Positions 1 to 11,620 of a stretch of 63,576 nt of DNA are shown here, piece by piece. The position numbers and the translations under genes were made by a program. Under the pieces are notes generated by a model. It ran no database searches. It worked only from the letters and a program-made list of their open reading frames with translations, and was not told where the DNA came from. The DNA is taken from the NCBI RefSeq assembly GCF_001194135.2, contig NC_068982.1, positions 90,222,496 to 90,286,071 on the forward strand. The letters run 5' to 3'. Source of the DNA: Octopus bimaculoides. Its lineage: Eukaryota. Position 1 is the first letter of the stretch; each line of letters starts with the position of its first letter.

Positions 1-780
1 AATTAATAATTATGATATTTACTTTACTTTATATTATACTCATTTATTGTGCTTTTAATTATTAATTTTTCTATATGTGATAGTGGATTTTCATCGATGA
101 GTTCTTGAAAATTGGTTATTTTCCCTAAAACTATATATTTATATATACTTTATCTATAAGGCTCAATTTAATATTAATTTTTTATAAATTGATTTTAATT
201 GAGTTTTTTACCTGTAATTTTGGATTTTGTCCCTAATATATATATATATATATATAATTAGATATAATATGATATAAACAATAGCTAGATATAAACTATA
301 ATATAATTGCATTAATAACATTTTAATATACATACACACGTACTAAAAAAGTAACTTTAGAAGGAAGCATCTATATACGCACGCACACCCATATACTAAC
401 ACATAAATACCGACATCCGTCCATATATATGAAATACTAATACTTGTACGCGCATACACACATGAACATAAATTTTATTTAACCTTTATTTAAATGTTTT
501 AATGTTTTATTCCTTATTTTTCCTTGTTTATTTTTTATATTATATATTTTATTATTTACTTTTACTCTTATATACTTTGGTTGATTATTATCACCATTAT
601 TGAATTTGAATATTGATATAAATATCAACGAATGCGCAAACGAACACACAAGCTCATACAAATAATAAGCATGCTTTTATCTTACAGTTCTATATTTAAG
701 AAATGAGGAATTATGTACATTATTTACATTATTTACATTCAACGAATATTTGTCCTCATCTCGTATGTTGTTAACACAAC

Positions 781-1746
781 ATGGAATACTTTGAGAATTT
801 GGCTATAGGATCAACACCGCTAAAACCAACACTATGCCTACGATATGCTGATGACACCTTTATACTCTGGCTCCACCAGGAAGATGCCCAAGTGCTGTTA
901 GATCATCGGAAATCAATACAGCCATCCATCCAGTTCACAATGGAAAAGGAAACAGACAATCAGCTAGCATTCCTGGACCTATTAATAACACGCACCAAGT
1001 ATGGATTCAGGACATCCATATACCACAAGCCGACCTTTACTGGACGACACCTCAACTTCAATTCCCACCATCCATACAGTGTAAAGGGAGGGATTGCTCA
1101 GTGCCTAAAACATCGTGCAAAGAATATAAGTAGCGATCGTGATACACACCACGAAGAAATGATCAAGCTCAATAACGATCTGTTAAGCAACAACTACCCC
1201 AAAAGTATACTATCCACTCCAATTATGAAAAAGAGAGAAGATCAGGCCAAAAAACTGTCCACAGTCTGTCTACCCTATGTGAAAGGCCTCTCCGAAAAGA
1301 TAGAAAAGATGTGCGGCCCATATGACATCAGGACAGTATTCAAAAGTAATGCAACACTTCGCAAATATCTCCTACGAGTGAAAGCATCAATAGAGGAGAA
1401 TATCACCAAAGACTGCATGTACTCCATCCCGTGCAGCTGTAGTAAGTTACACAAAGGCGAAACATACCGCTCCCTCAAAATAAGGGTAGACGAACATCGC
1501 AAAGCTGTGATGCGAGGAGATATTGAAGAATCGGTTATAGCTGATCACGTATGGAAAAATGGAGACCACATCCCCCTGTAGAATGAAGTTAAAATAATAG
1601 ACAGAAAACACCACTGGAAAATACGAAAACTAAAAGAAGCAGCACATATGCTAGGACACAACAACCTCCTAAACAGACCAAGTGCATATATGAACAGCAT
1701 ATAGGAACCGGTATTAAGGAAGGATAGGTGTATATTAGATTTATAA
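781..1746 (+). pseudogene. PLE reverse transcriptase (C-terminal half) + GIY-YIG endonuclease, Penelope/Poseidon-type layout
   Basis: RYADDTF catalytic motif; YHKPTFTGRHLNFNSHHP thumb motif; LPYVKGLSEKI; degenerate GIY-YIG CMYSIPCSCSKLHKGET...RVDEH. The frame continues past TAG 1579-1581 (NEVKIIDRKHHWKIRKLKEA) and TAG 1702-1704 to TAA 1744-1746. Confidence 0.9.
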
Positions 1747-1775
1747 GCCCTAAAATTCACTCAATAATTGCCAAC

Positions 1776-1848
1776 GGGCATATGGCGTAGTGGTTAAATG
1801 CGCGGGCTACTAACTCCAAGATTCCGAGTTCGATTTCAGGCAGTGACC
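1776..1848 (+). promoter_or_regulatory. tRNA-derived segment with Pol III A and B boxes inside the PLE 3' region
   Basis: A box TGGCGTAGTGG (1783-1793), B-box-like GAGTTCGATTTC (1826-1837), anticodon-loop-like CTACTAA. Acceptor and T stems pair poorly, so this is not a functional tRNA. Confidence 0.7.
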
Positions 1849-1920
1849 TGAATAATAGTATTAATAAAATTGAAATAATAACTTAGGAATGAGAACCCAG
1901 GTTCTAAATTTCCGCAAGAC

Positions 1921-1958
1921 ACCTGAAGAAGGTTGACGGGTATATCAGCCGAAACAAC
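1921..1958 (+). ncRNA. Minimal hammerhead-ribozyme-like motif in PLE pLTR (stem III apparently deleted in this copy)
   Basis: CTGAAGA (1923-1929), A, stem II GGTTGA/TCAGCC (1931-1936/1945-1950), GAAAC (1951-1955). PLE pLTRs are known to carry such motifs. Confidence 0.65.
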
Positions 1959-2726
1959 AAACAAGATGAGGACAAAAATCTGTCGAATATAAATAATGTA
2001 AAAATGCTTTTATCTTATTAGTCTATACGTACGCAGAATTATTATATGTGTTACCTCTCACTTAAACATATAATGTTATATGAGTTTACAATGAATAAAT
2101 ATGAACAATAATATAATTACATTAATAACCTTTTACTAACATGCATACATACTAACGAACTAATAAAGTAAATTAGGAATGAAACATATACACACGCACT
2201 CGATAGCACACAAAGGCAACCGTACTTTTTTAATATGTATATATACATATACACATACGCACACACGTATACAAACATGAACATACATTTTATTTCGCTT
2301 TTATTTTATTTTATTGTATTTTGTTATTTATTTTTACTCTTACATATTTTACCTCATTCTTTATTATCATTATTGTTGTTGCTATTATTATTATTATCAT
2401 TATTATTATTGAATTTAAAATAAAAATAATAAGTTTAAAGCATGCGTGTACACACACACGCACACATACGCACGTAATAAATATGCTTATGTATTCTTAG
2501 CCTATTGGAATATTTCAACCGATCAAAATGTAATCTCCGTAATGTCCCTTTTCATGCCTTGAAGATTTTCCACCCAAAGTATTTTGAAATGCAAACATAT
2601 ATTTATATATGTTTTGTAATTTAAATTGGATGTGAAATGAAACAATCGAAGGCAATAACGTTCAATTAATACTTTAATGTATGTCCAATGAATCTCTCCA
2701 TTTTCAAACTTAATAATTATATATAT

Positions 2727-2775
<49 letters not shown>

Positions 2776-3742
2776 NNNNNNNNNNNNNNNNNNNNNNNNN
2801 NNNNNNNNNNNNNNNNNNNNNNNNNNNNNNNNNNNNNNNNNNNNNNNNNNNNNNNNNNNNNNNNNNNNNNNNNNNNNNNNNNNNNNNNNNNNNNNNNNNN
2901 NNNNNNNNNNNNNNNNNNNNNNNNNNNNNNNNNNNNNNNNNNNNNNNNNNNNNNNNNNNNNNNNNNNNNNNNNNNNNNNNNNNNNNNNNNNNNNNNNNNN
3001 NNNNNNNNNNNNNNNNNNNNNNNNNNNNNNNNNNNNNNNNNNNNNNNNNNNNNNNNNNNNNNNNNNNNNNNNNNNNNNNNNNNNNNNNNNNNNNNNNNNN
3101 NNNNNNNNNNNNNNNNNNNNNNNNNNNNNNNNNNNNNNNNNNNNNNNNNNNNNNNNNNNNNNNNNNNNNNNNNNNNNNNNNNNNNNNNNNNNNNNNNNNN
3201 NNNNNNNNNNNNNNNNNNNNNNNNNNNNNNNNNNNNNNNNNNNNNNNNNNNNNNNNNNNNNNNNNNNNNNNNNNNNNNNNNNNNNNNNNNNNNNNNNNNN
3301 NNNNNNNNNNNNNNNNNNNNNNNNNNNNNNNNNNNNNNNNNNNNNNNNNNNNNNNNNNNNNNNNNNNNNNNNNNNNNNNNNNNNNNNNNNNNNNNNNNNN
3401 NNNNNNNNNNNNNNNNNNNNNNNNNNNNNNNNNNNNNNNNNNNNNNNNNNNNNNNNNNNNNNNNNNNNNNNNNNNNNNNNNNNNNNNNNNNNNNNNNNNN
3501 NNNNNNNNNNNNNNNNNNNNNNNNNNNNNNNNNNNNNNNNNNNNNNNNNNNNNNNNNNNNNNNNNNNNNNNNNNNNNNNNNNNNNNNNNNNNNNNNNNNN
3601 NNNNNNNNNNNNNNNNNNNNNNNNNNNNNNNNNNNNNNNNNNNNNNNNNNNNNNNNNNNNNNNNNNNNNNNNNNNNNNNNNNNNNNNNNNNNNNNNNNNN
3701 NNNNNNNNNNNNNNNNNNNNNNNNNNNNNNNNNNNNNNNNNN

Positions 3743-3779
<37 letters not shown>

Positions 3780-3781
<2 letters not shown>

Positions 3782-4986
3782 GACAGAAGTAAATAGACAC
3801 CCCGTAAAACATCGCTTTATGTTTATTATAACTTGTAAAGGTTTATATTTTGTGACATATTAATTGACATTTTTATGTTTCAGGTTCTATATGGGACTGT
3901 ATAATCATGCCTTGTACAAAACAACTCTTGGATCTGTCTGAATTTCAAAGAGGTCGTATTGTGGGTATTTCTGAAGGTGCACATACCATAAAATTGCAGA
4001 AAATCTTAGGATCCAGTTTTCTACAGTCAATAGAGTAATTGTGCAATTCACCAGAGAGAGGGAGGTGTCCACATCACCTCACCCAGATCAACCAGTGCCC
4101 TCTGACAGGACCCTACCGTTTGCTAAGAGAAGTGTGGAGCATAATCCTCGTTGCAAGGCCTCTGACATAGCAGAACAAGTTGATGTCAGTTCCAGAACAG
4201 CTGCCAGGTATCTCCACAAACTTGGCTACTATGGCAGAGCAGCAAGAAGGAAGCCACTTCTTTGACCAGCCAACATCATGCGGAGAAACGTTTGGGCCAG
4301 TGAGAAGGTGGAGGGGCCACTTACATTTTGGGACACTGTCATATTCTATGATGAGTTTAGATTTGCTGTATTTCCTGACAGTGGTCGAGTGTGAGTCTAT
4401 AGACTCTGTGATCAAGAATTTGATGAAAAAAGATTGCAGCTACATTGAAACTCTGGAGAGCAATTTGGAGTAATGGTTGATCAGAGCTGGTGAAGTATGA
4501 AGGAAACATAGACTCAGATAAATATATGTCCATGTTGCAGAAAGGACTCCTTCTAATCTCTTCCACTGGTAAAATGACTAAAGACTTTTTATTTGTAGGA
4601 GATGGGGTTTCTTGTCACTCAGCTAAAATGCCCCGAGATTTGCTGGATAAGAATGGCATTAAAAAGCTTCGATAGCCAAGCCAGTCACCAGATATGAAGT
4701 CTATTGAACACCTATTGGACATAATGGACAGGACACTTCATAAAAATAACAAGAAAACATCTTCAAAGCTAGATCTTTTGAGATTACTGCACGAAACATT
4801 GCAAGAAATTCCACAAGAGAACATTCATTTGATCAGTAGCATGCCTAATAGGATCGTTGAAAAATGCAAAGATCATGTCTACTAAATATTAAATATTCAC
4901 ATTATGACAATTGATACATAATTTGAATGTATAATTTCAGATTTAAATAAAATTTAATGATTATAAGGGTGTATGTTTACTTCTGT

Positions 4987-4989
<3 letters not shown>
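3780..4989 (+). mobile_element. Tc1-family DNA transposon, full length, inactive
   Basis: 23-bp TIRs ATGACAGAAGTAAA(T/C)A(G/T)ACACCC at 3780-3802 and 4967-4989 (21/23 match), flanked by (TA)n and (TG)n. Transposase remnant between them. Confidence 0.92.
3907..4892 (+). pseudogene. Tc1 DD34E transposase, frameshifted with stops
   Basis: MPCTKQLLDLSEFQRGRIVG N-terminus; GYYGRAARRKPLL; FYDEFRF (D at 4350); GDGVSCH (D at 4601); *PSQSPDMKSIEHL (E at 4706, 34 residues after the second D); STKY* end. Confidence 0.9.
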
Positions 4990-5000
<11 letters not shown>

Positions 5001-5077
<77 letters not shown>

Positions 5078-5111
5078 GTAGATAGATAGGTAGGTAGGTA
5101 GCTAGCTAGGC

Positions 5112-5180
<69 letters not shown>

Positions 5181-5188
5181 TAGATATA
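5001..5188. repeat. Compound (TG)n-(GATA)n microsatellite
   Basis: Direct reading of the sequence. Confidence 0.97.
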
Positions 5189-5924
5189 TCTATAATAATA
5201 AATGGAAAGTTTTTGTGTTTGTGAGTTTGTTACTTTAACTCCTCCGAAACTATCCAACAGACCCTGATAAAACTTGACACGTGTGGAGGGCTTCTATCCA
5301 TGCGGTCACTTATGCACTTGGAATTTTTAAAAAATCGACTTTTAATCAGCATCGATTTTTCAAATCTCGTAAAATTTCGGCATTTTTCACACTAGCCATC
5401 ATGACATCAGTTTGACGGAAAATGCCGAAGTTTAGCGGAAAATGTTTAATGAGTATAAACAGACAGCTTATTAACGGTAATCAATTTAGCATTTGTTAAT
5501 TCTTCATTTCAATGCGAATTGTTTTGATTTGGTAAAACTTATTATTTCAATTCGTTGTCTTAATTCCCCAGCGTTTCAGGTTTTGATTAGGTAAGACCAT
5601 TTTATTTCTCAAGCAAAATTTAGGCATTTTGTGTACTAGCCGTCGTGACATCAATTTGACGGAATCTGCCCCAAAGCGTTAAATTTCGCCACTTTATGCA
5701 CATGCACAAAAATGACGACGACACGGGATGGCTACGAGATTCTGCTCAATTTTTCTTCAAATTGATCCTACCCATTAATATAGATTTGAAAGTTTTGAAA
5801 ATTGTCGAAATTGGACGAAAAATATTTTATAGCTATAAACAGACATCTTATTAACGGTAATCAATTTAGCATTTGTTAATTCTTCATTTCAATGCGAATT
5901 GTTTTGATTTGGTAAAACTTATTA
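5189..5924 (+). mobile_element. Probable non-autonomous Helitron-like element, 5' part (3' end lost in gap)
   Basis: Starts A|TCTATAATAATAAA followed by a GTTT/GTGT-rich tract and CTCCGAAACTA, resembling invertebrate non-autonomous Helitron 5' ends. Internal direct repeats 5454-5544/5834-5924 and about 5374-5426/5617-5670. No CTAG 3' end visible. Confidence 0.5.
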
Positions 5925-6379
5925 NNNNNNNNNNNNNNNNNNNNNNNNNNNNNNNNNNNNNNNNNNNNNNNNNNNNNNNNNNNNNNNNNNNNNNNNNNNN
6001 AAAATAAATAGAGAGAGAAAATTAAAAAAGCTTTAGTGGCTAGCGATCAATCATGGCGGTGTGTATGTGTGCATGCAGAGAGAACGAGAGAGAATACATT
6101 TTCTTAAGACAATAGGATGTCATTTTAAGCATATTTGGCTGTTATATCGATCTAAACTAGACATCATACTCAGAGGGTGTCTTGTTAATTATTGAAAGCA
6201 GAATCTTCTGCGGTGTTTTAATACCACGTTAAGCAGTTTTGCTTCATTCATTCATACGTTTGTCGATAGTGGTCAACGACGTTTAAGTTCAAAGTAGAGG
6301 TGTTGCTGCTTATCTAATTCTCAACTAAGTAACTAACGTTTGCCAAACATTTCATTCCATATTTTTTTTATAATTTCAG

Positions 6380-6418
6380 TTCATGGATCTGTTGAAACTG
6401 ATGTGAAAATCTTCTGAG
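6380..6418 (+). CDS. Candidate terminal coding exon (HGSVETDVKIF* or FMDLLKLM*), product unknown
   Basis: Branch-like ACTAAC (6332-6337), T-rich tract and TTTCAG acceptor (6374-6379), then about 700 bp of unique UTR-like sequence with AATAAA near 7107. No homology recognised. Confidence 0.2.
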
Positions 6419-7140
6419 ATATCAGTCCCATGCTCAAATATTTTGCTGCAAATCGGTACCATGAGTTAGTACATCTCACCGATATACCAAGTGGAAGCGC
6501 GTATAATAACAGTATATCAAGTATCGCAATGATTTGTTCAAGTCTAAAGAAGGCAATGAGTTACCATCACTACAGTTTTTATACAATACTTAAGCCATAT
6601 TATGGCTTACCAACAACTCAACCGGTTACAAGACTCTTTTTCCTATTCATTTGATTAAATTACATTCTTTTGTATTCAGCAATAAATGTCCTATGAATAT
6701 GCCTAATCGTTTGCGATGTGGCATAGTGAATAGGAGAAAAAAATTTCCTGACAATGCAATCTTCCATACCGAGCTCGTCTTAATCAATATCACAGAAATA
6801 ATAATTTGTATTTTTTTATATTTAAAAAGAAACGGTCTTTGTTCATTGGTAATGTGCTTAATATATGATGTGATGACATAGAGTAGTGTCCTACTGAAGA
6901 AATTTGAATAGATTACTGAAATGCATTAGGAAGTTATTAGACGTGATACTAAATATAGTCACTGAAATATTTCTTTCAAATATTGCATCAGTTTTCGAAT
7001 CGATAATAAAGGCAACTGAAATATATCGATTGCAGGCTAAAATTGTCTCCAGTTCATTTAGAGGAGATCGTCAAACCTGGTGGAAGACACAGACCGAACA
7101 AACATAAATAAATAGCATTTTAGAAAAAAAAATAAGGGTG

Positions 7141-7266
<126 letters not shown>

Positions 7267-7792
7267 TCGAAAGAAAGAGAATATTTGCAACAGATAGTAA
7301 ACGAACCATCGTCTCTTGTGATTGGCCTGGTTTGTTCTGTTGTGTTTCATTGTGAAACGAACTGAAATTTTCAACGACTGAATGACTGAGAAATACAAAA
7401 ATTAATAAATAAATCATTCTTCTGTGTTATTTCGAACGTCTTGAAGGAGAAAATTCAAAATTTTGTTTAGAGGAAGTAAAATTATATTACGTTAACGAGA
7501 ACAGTTTTAATCCATTTAGTTCTATTGAAAAGTGGATTGTGGCATCTTCATGTTTGCTTCACTTATTGATAAATTAAAAATGAAATGTAGTTTGATGCTG
7601 TAAGGCATATATGTTGAAGGACGTATTTGTTTATTTATTTATTCCTTTGTTTCAAAATGTTTCTCACGTACTTTGACATACCTGCCAGATTTGAAAGGAG
7701 AGATAAGTGCTTTCAGTGAGTTATATGTTTATGTGTTTCTACCGACCAATACCATGAAAGACCACAAATATACAAGCGATGTATATACATAA

Positions 7793-7831
<39 letters not shown>

Positions 7832-9057
7832 CGTGCGTGTGTGTGTGTGTGTGTGCGCGCGCGCGCGCGCGTGTGTGTGTGTTTGAGTTTGTCTATGCAT
7901 ATAGTGATAATTACGATCACGATGCTATCCAACGAACAAGTATGTAGGTCGCCACTCAAAGTATTAGAAATATCAACCAAATTGCCTCTAAATTACATAC
8001 CTTAACATCATAGTAAGAGGCACGATGGATAAGCTGAGCTTGGGTTCGCTGCACGAAGGAGAAAGACAGGATTGGTAGGTTAAAATGGATTTAACCATAG
8101 ATTTGATCGACTATGGCTCACCTGGTGTTAAAAACTAACAACGACGGCACTGACTGATATCCACACTTCTGGGTTCCTGGAAGGTAGGAATGCCATATAT
8201 CCTGTATCATCCTCTTTTTACATTGCTATAGAAGCCTATTAAAGGCGAAGGAATATTAGAATTATACAATGTGATCTAACTCGTTTCTTAGCTTCAGAAG
8301 AAACGATCTTATTCATAATAAAATAAGAGAACCACCAGTTGTTTATCTCTTGCACAGAAAACTATTAAATTATTTCTATAGTATTCTGAGGTCAGAGTTT
8401 GAAACATCTCAAAAAATGCAAAACATCTCAAAGAGAATAAAAGAGTTTTCTAATATGAGCGAATGAAACATCAAAGAACGCAAACCTACTAGGACTACTT
8501 GTATGTTAGCAACAATATTTAGAACTTGTATTTTTCATTATGCTACACTAGTCTATACAACGTTACTGCTATTGCTGTTCGATTCTTTGTTCTAGTATTT
8601 TAACAAAAGAATGTTTTAGGCCTACACCCACTGCTGAACATAAAAGAGGGAATTATATTGTCTTAAAACTGTGAGTGCTGCTGCTGAAAGAAAAGTGGGG
8701 GTATAGTTAAATCGATCGTAGCATAATTTCCACAGTAAAATCTCAGCGGCCAACTATTGAATTGAAAGCTGTCATATTATTGAAAATAAGACGAGAGCGA
8801 AGATGAGAGCTTATAATATCGGCAAGACGTGATTACTTCGATGTTGCAATGAAAATGTATGAAATATTCTTTTCCCTTGATATATATTTAAAATATAAGA
8901 TATCATCATGCAACACAATGAAAATATTTAAAATTTATTAACAAACTACTTTGAAATGCAATCTTACATCCGAATTCAACGGTTTATAATGTTTACTGTT
9001 TACGTAAGATACTTCCAGCTGAAAAAGTGTCTCTCTTTTTACTTTTCGTTCATTCAG

Positions 9058-9080
9058 ATATGCTATAACAAAAATGGAGG
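9058..9080 (+). CDS. Candidate 23-nt micro-exon
   Basis: Long pyrimidine tract ending CATTCAG, exon ATATGCTATAACAAAAATGGAGG, consensus donor G|GTGAGT. Open as YAITKME or ICYNKNG, or contains the start AAAAATGG. Confidence 0.35.
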
Positions 9081-9902
9081 GTGAGTTATCTATTCAGATA
9101 TTCTATAACTCACATGACCGATATACTGCCGGTGAAGGAATTTATTAATAATTGCCACCATCGATAATTCAAACGCTATTCACACGCTTATATAGCTTCA
9201 AAATTAGGGTTTAAAATAGAACTATAAAGGACAATATGTCTTTGCGTTAAGCCAAAGTAAACAACATTGAAAATTTCTGATGTCCGAATTGATAGTGTAC
9301 CGAATAACCAAACGTGCTACTACCGATTTCTATCTATAGCAGTATTGTTTTATGACTTTTTAAAAGATTCAAATCTTGTTATAACTATCTAAAACAAGGG
9401 TCGTAAACCTGCCTCCGTTATTAGTTATTTGTCTCAACAAGTACCTCTTACTGTAATTGAATCCTTCAAATGGATTTAATTCCTAGTTGCTGCAAATTCA
9501 CTGTACTTACATCATCAATGATTCCTTAGAAATAAAGGCGCGTTACAGTATCCCATGCTCCTTTTCCTACACATCTTAATAGTTTTACCAATAAATATAA
9601 TAATTAACATATAAGAGACTGATGAGTGACTGACAGAAATAACAAGATACCATACATACATTTTCTGGTAGATTCCTTTAGGTTCTCTACTCAAATGTCG
9701 TTCAAATTTATATTCCGGTCACCCTTTTAAAGTCAAGTAAATATAGGTATTTAACCTACATTAGGTCTAGAGTGAACTACCTTCATGTCGATAAAGTAGA
9801 TTACACCTTTGCCCCAAAATGTTTGGTTTAGAGCCAAAATTAGAACTCCCTACACTAGCAGAAACGTTGAATTGTCAAATTAATATTTCTCAGGATTGAA
9901 GT

Positions 9903-10099
9903 GGCGAGCTCGCAGAATCGTTGGCACGCCGAGCAAAACGTTTAGCGGCATTTCTTCTGTCTTTACGTTCTAAGTTCAAATACTTTCGAGGTCGGATTTG
10001 CTTTTCATAAAATAAGAACCAGTTGAGCAATGGGGTCGATGTAACCGATTTAACTCCTCCCCCAAAATTCCTGGCCTTGTGCCAAAATTTGAAATTAAT
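9903..10099 (+). mobile_element. tRNA-derived SINE, family A
   Basis: Head GGCGAGCT(C/G)GCAGAATCGTT(G/A)GCACGCC, B-box-like AGTTCAAAT, body GGGGTCGATGTAA; shared with 12099, 26364, 36930 and 40885. Confidence 0.85.
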
Positions 10100-10965
10100 C
10101 TTTCTCAGGATTTATTTATATTTTTTAATATTCATGTCCAAATTTGGTATACTTCGGTTCTGCCTATGTCTCCAGGCACGCTAAATTAAATACTAGTCAG
10201 CTAGTGACTTTGGTTGAAACAAAACTTCTGCTAACAGAATTTAATATAATGGAAAGGGAAAGCATAGTTCTGTAAAAAAATATGAAATAAATCCCATTTT
10301 TTAAATATAATTATATTATAGATATTCAACCGGTTTCTTTTGATATGAATGCATTTCTGAATACGACTTTCATCGTCTTCACATATTCACAATGAAACAT
10401 ATTAATAGCATCATGCCATTACAGCGTCCCATCATCTTTGATGCTATTTATCAATGTCATATTAAAGTGGGTGGACGTAATTGCCACAGCAGAACACTGG
10501 GTTCAACACAATAATTCATTTAGTTTCTCTTTCCTTTCTTTCTTTTTCTTCCTAAGTTTCAAATTGCACTAAAATCAACCTTCGGATATTCAGGTTCGAG
10601 ACAAATTATGTATAATATTTATTAAATCTTGCGTGCGAAAGAAGACAGAAAGTAAAAGTCATGGTCATTAGATTCTATTTCGATTCTAGATTAAAAGTAA
10701 TTACCATTTTGTTTTTTACTCTGACAATACTTCTTAGACTTGCATGTATGTGATACATTCGTATTGCAGCCTATTGGCTTTTGTCTGCAAATACTCCTTC
10801 CTCATGCTCTCTCTCTCTCTCTCTCTCTCTCTTTAACAAAAATCACTAGATATAAGTTTGCCATATGTCTCTCTTAAAATAAATCCTGATGATTGTCATC
10901 GAGTTGTTTCTATAGCTGCATTAAAAACAGTAAAATAAGTACAGTCTAGAATCTTAAGAATCAAA

Positions 10966-11189
10966 GGGCCGTTATCCGGTTTCAGTGGCGTATAAATGAC
11001 CGAGAATACGACATTTTCATTAAATGGGACGCCAGTTCCTCACAAATTTACCTATTTACAGCTGGATGAACTGGAGCAACGTGAAATAAAATGTTTTACC
11101 CAGAAACACAACACACCGTCCTGTCCTGAAATCGCAACCCCGATCTTGCGAATATGAATGCAACAACCTAACCGCTAGGTCACGCACCA
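10966..11189 (-). mobile_element. tRNA-derived SINE, family B
   Basis: Reverse complement reads GGTGCGTGACCTAGCGGTTAGG...TGTTGTGTTTCTGGGTAAAACATTTTATTTCACGTTGCTCCAGTTCATCCAGCTGTAAATAGG, matching the family B copies. Confidence 0.8.
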
Positions 11190-11589
11190 TCACATTCAAA
11201 GAGTATTGGAAATAAAAATATTTTGCCAACTGTATGACCTTCAAATCAAGTGATTTTCATAAAATTCTAACTAGAAACCTGCCACGAAAGAATATATAAC
11301 TTATTAAACATGTTACTTTAGTATTCAATCTCTAAATTCATAGAAGCAGTATTATCAATTCTAATAGCCTAAAAATACAAAGCCACGGTCGGTCGATCTC
11401 GATTCGAATCATAAATTGGTCATAGAAATTAGAAAGAAAATTAATCGATTGTTATTTCATTAACCAAATTATGCCAATCTTTGAAGTCTAATGGTCTATA
11501 AGATGTCTCTTGTGATATCTTAATAATATGTTAATAGACTCGTTTCTATTTTGCCGGCTTGGTTGACTTCATGATTGTATGTATGTATG

Positions 11590-11620
<31 letters not shown>

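Larger units (their letters stand above)
685..2003 (+). mobile_element. Penelope-like retroelement (PLE), 5'-truncated, with inverted pLTR at the 5' junction
   Basis: Perfect 14-bp TSD ATGCTTTTATCTTA at 671-684 and 2004-2017. 685-780 is an inverted copy of the element's 3' end (shared AGATGAGGACAAA...AAATAATGTAAA with 1956-2000). Internal RT + GIY-YIG ORF remnant. Confidence 0.93.

Noticed and set aside
1275-1760. Minus-strand ORFs overlapping the PLE, and similar shadow ORFs over Tc1 (4113-4566) and mariner (58478-58681)
   Set aside because: Antisense shadows of transposon coding remnants.
1776-1848. Functional tRNA gene (anticodon-like ACT)
   Set aside because: Acceptor, anticodon and T stems pair poorly; kept only as a tRNA-derived promoter segment.
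9499-9540. 14-nt minus-strand micro-exon (TTTCTAAG|GAATCATTGATGAT|GTAAGT)
   Set aside because: Short pyrimidine tract and no compatible neighbouring minus-strand exons; expected by chance in 63 kb.
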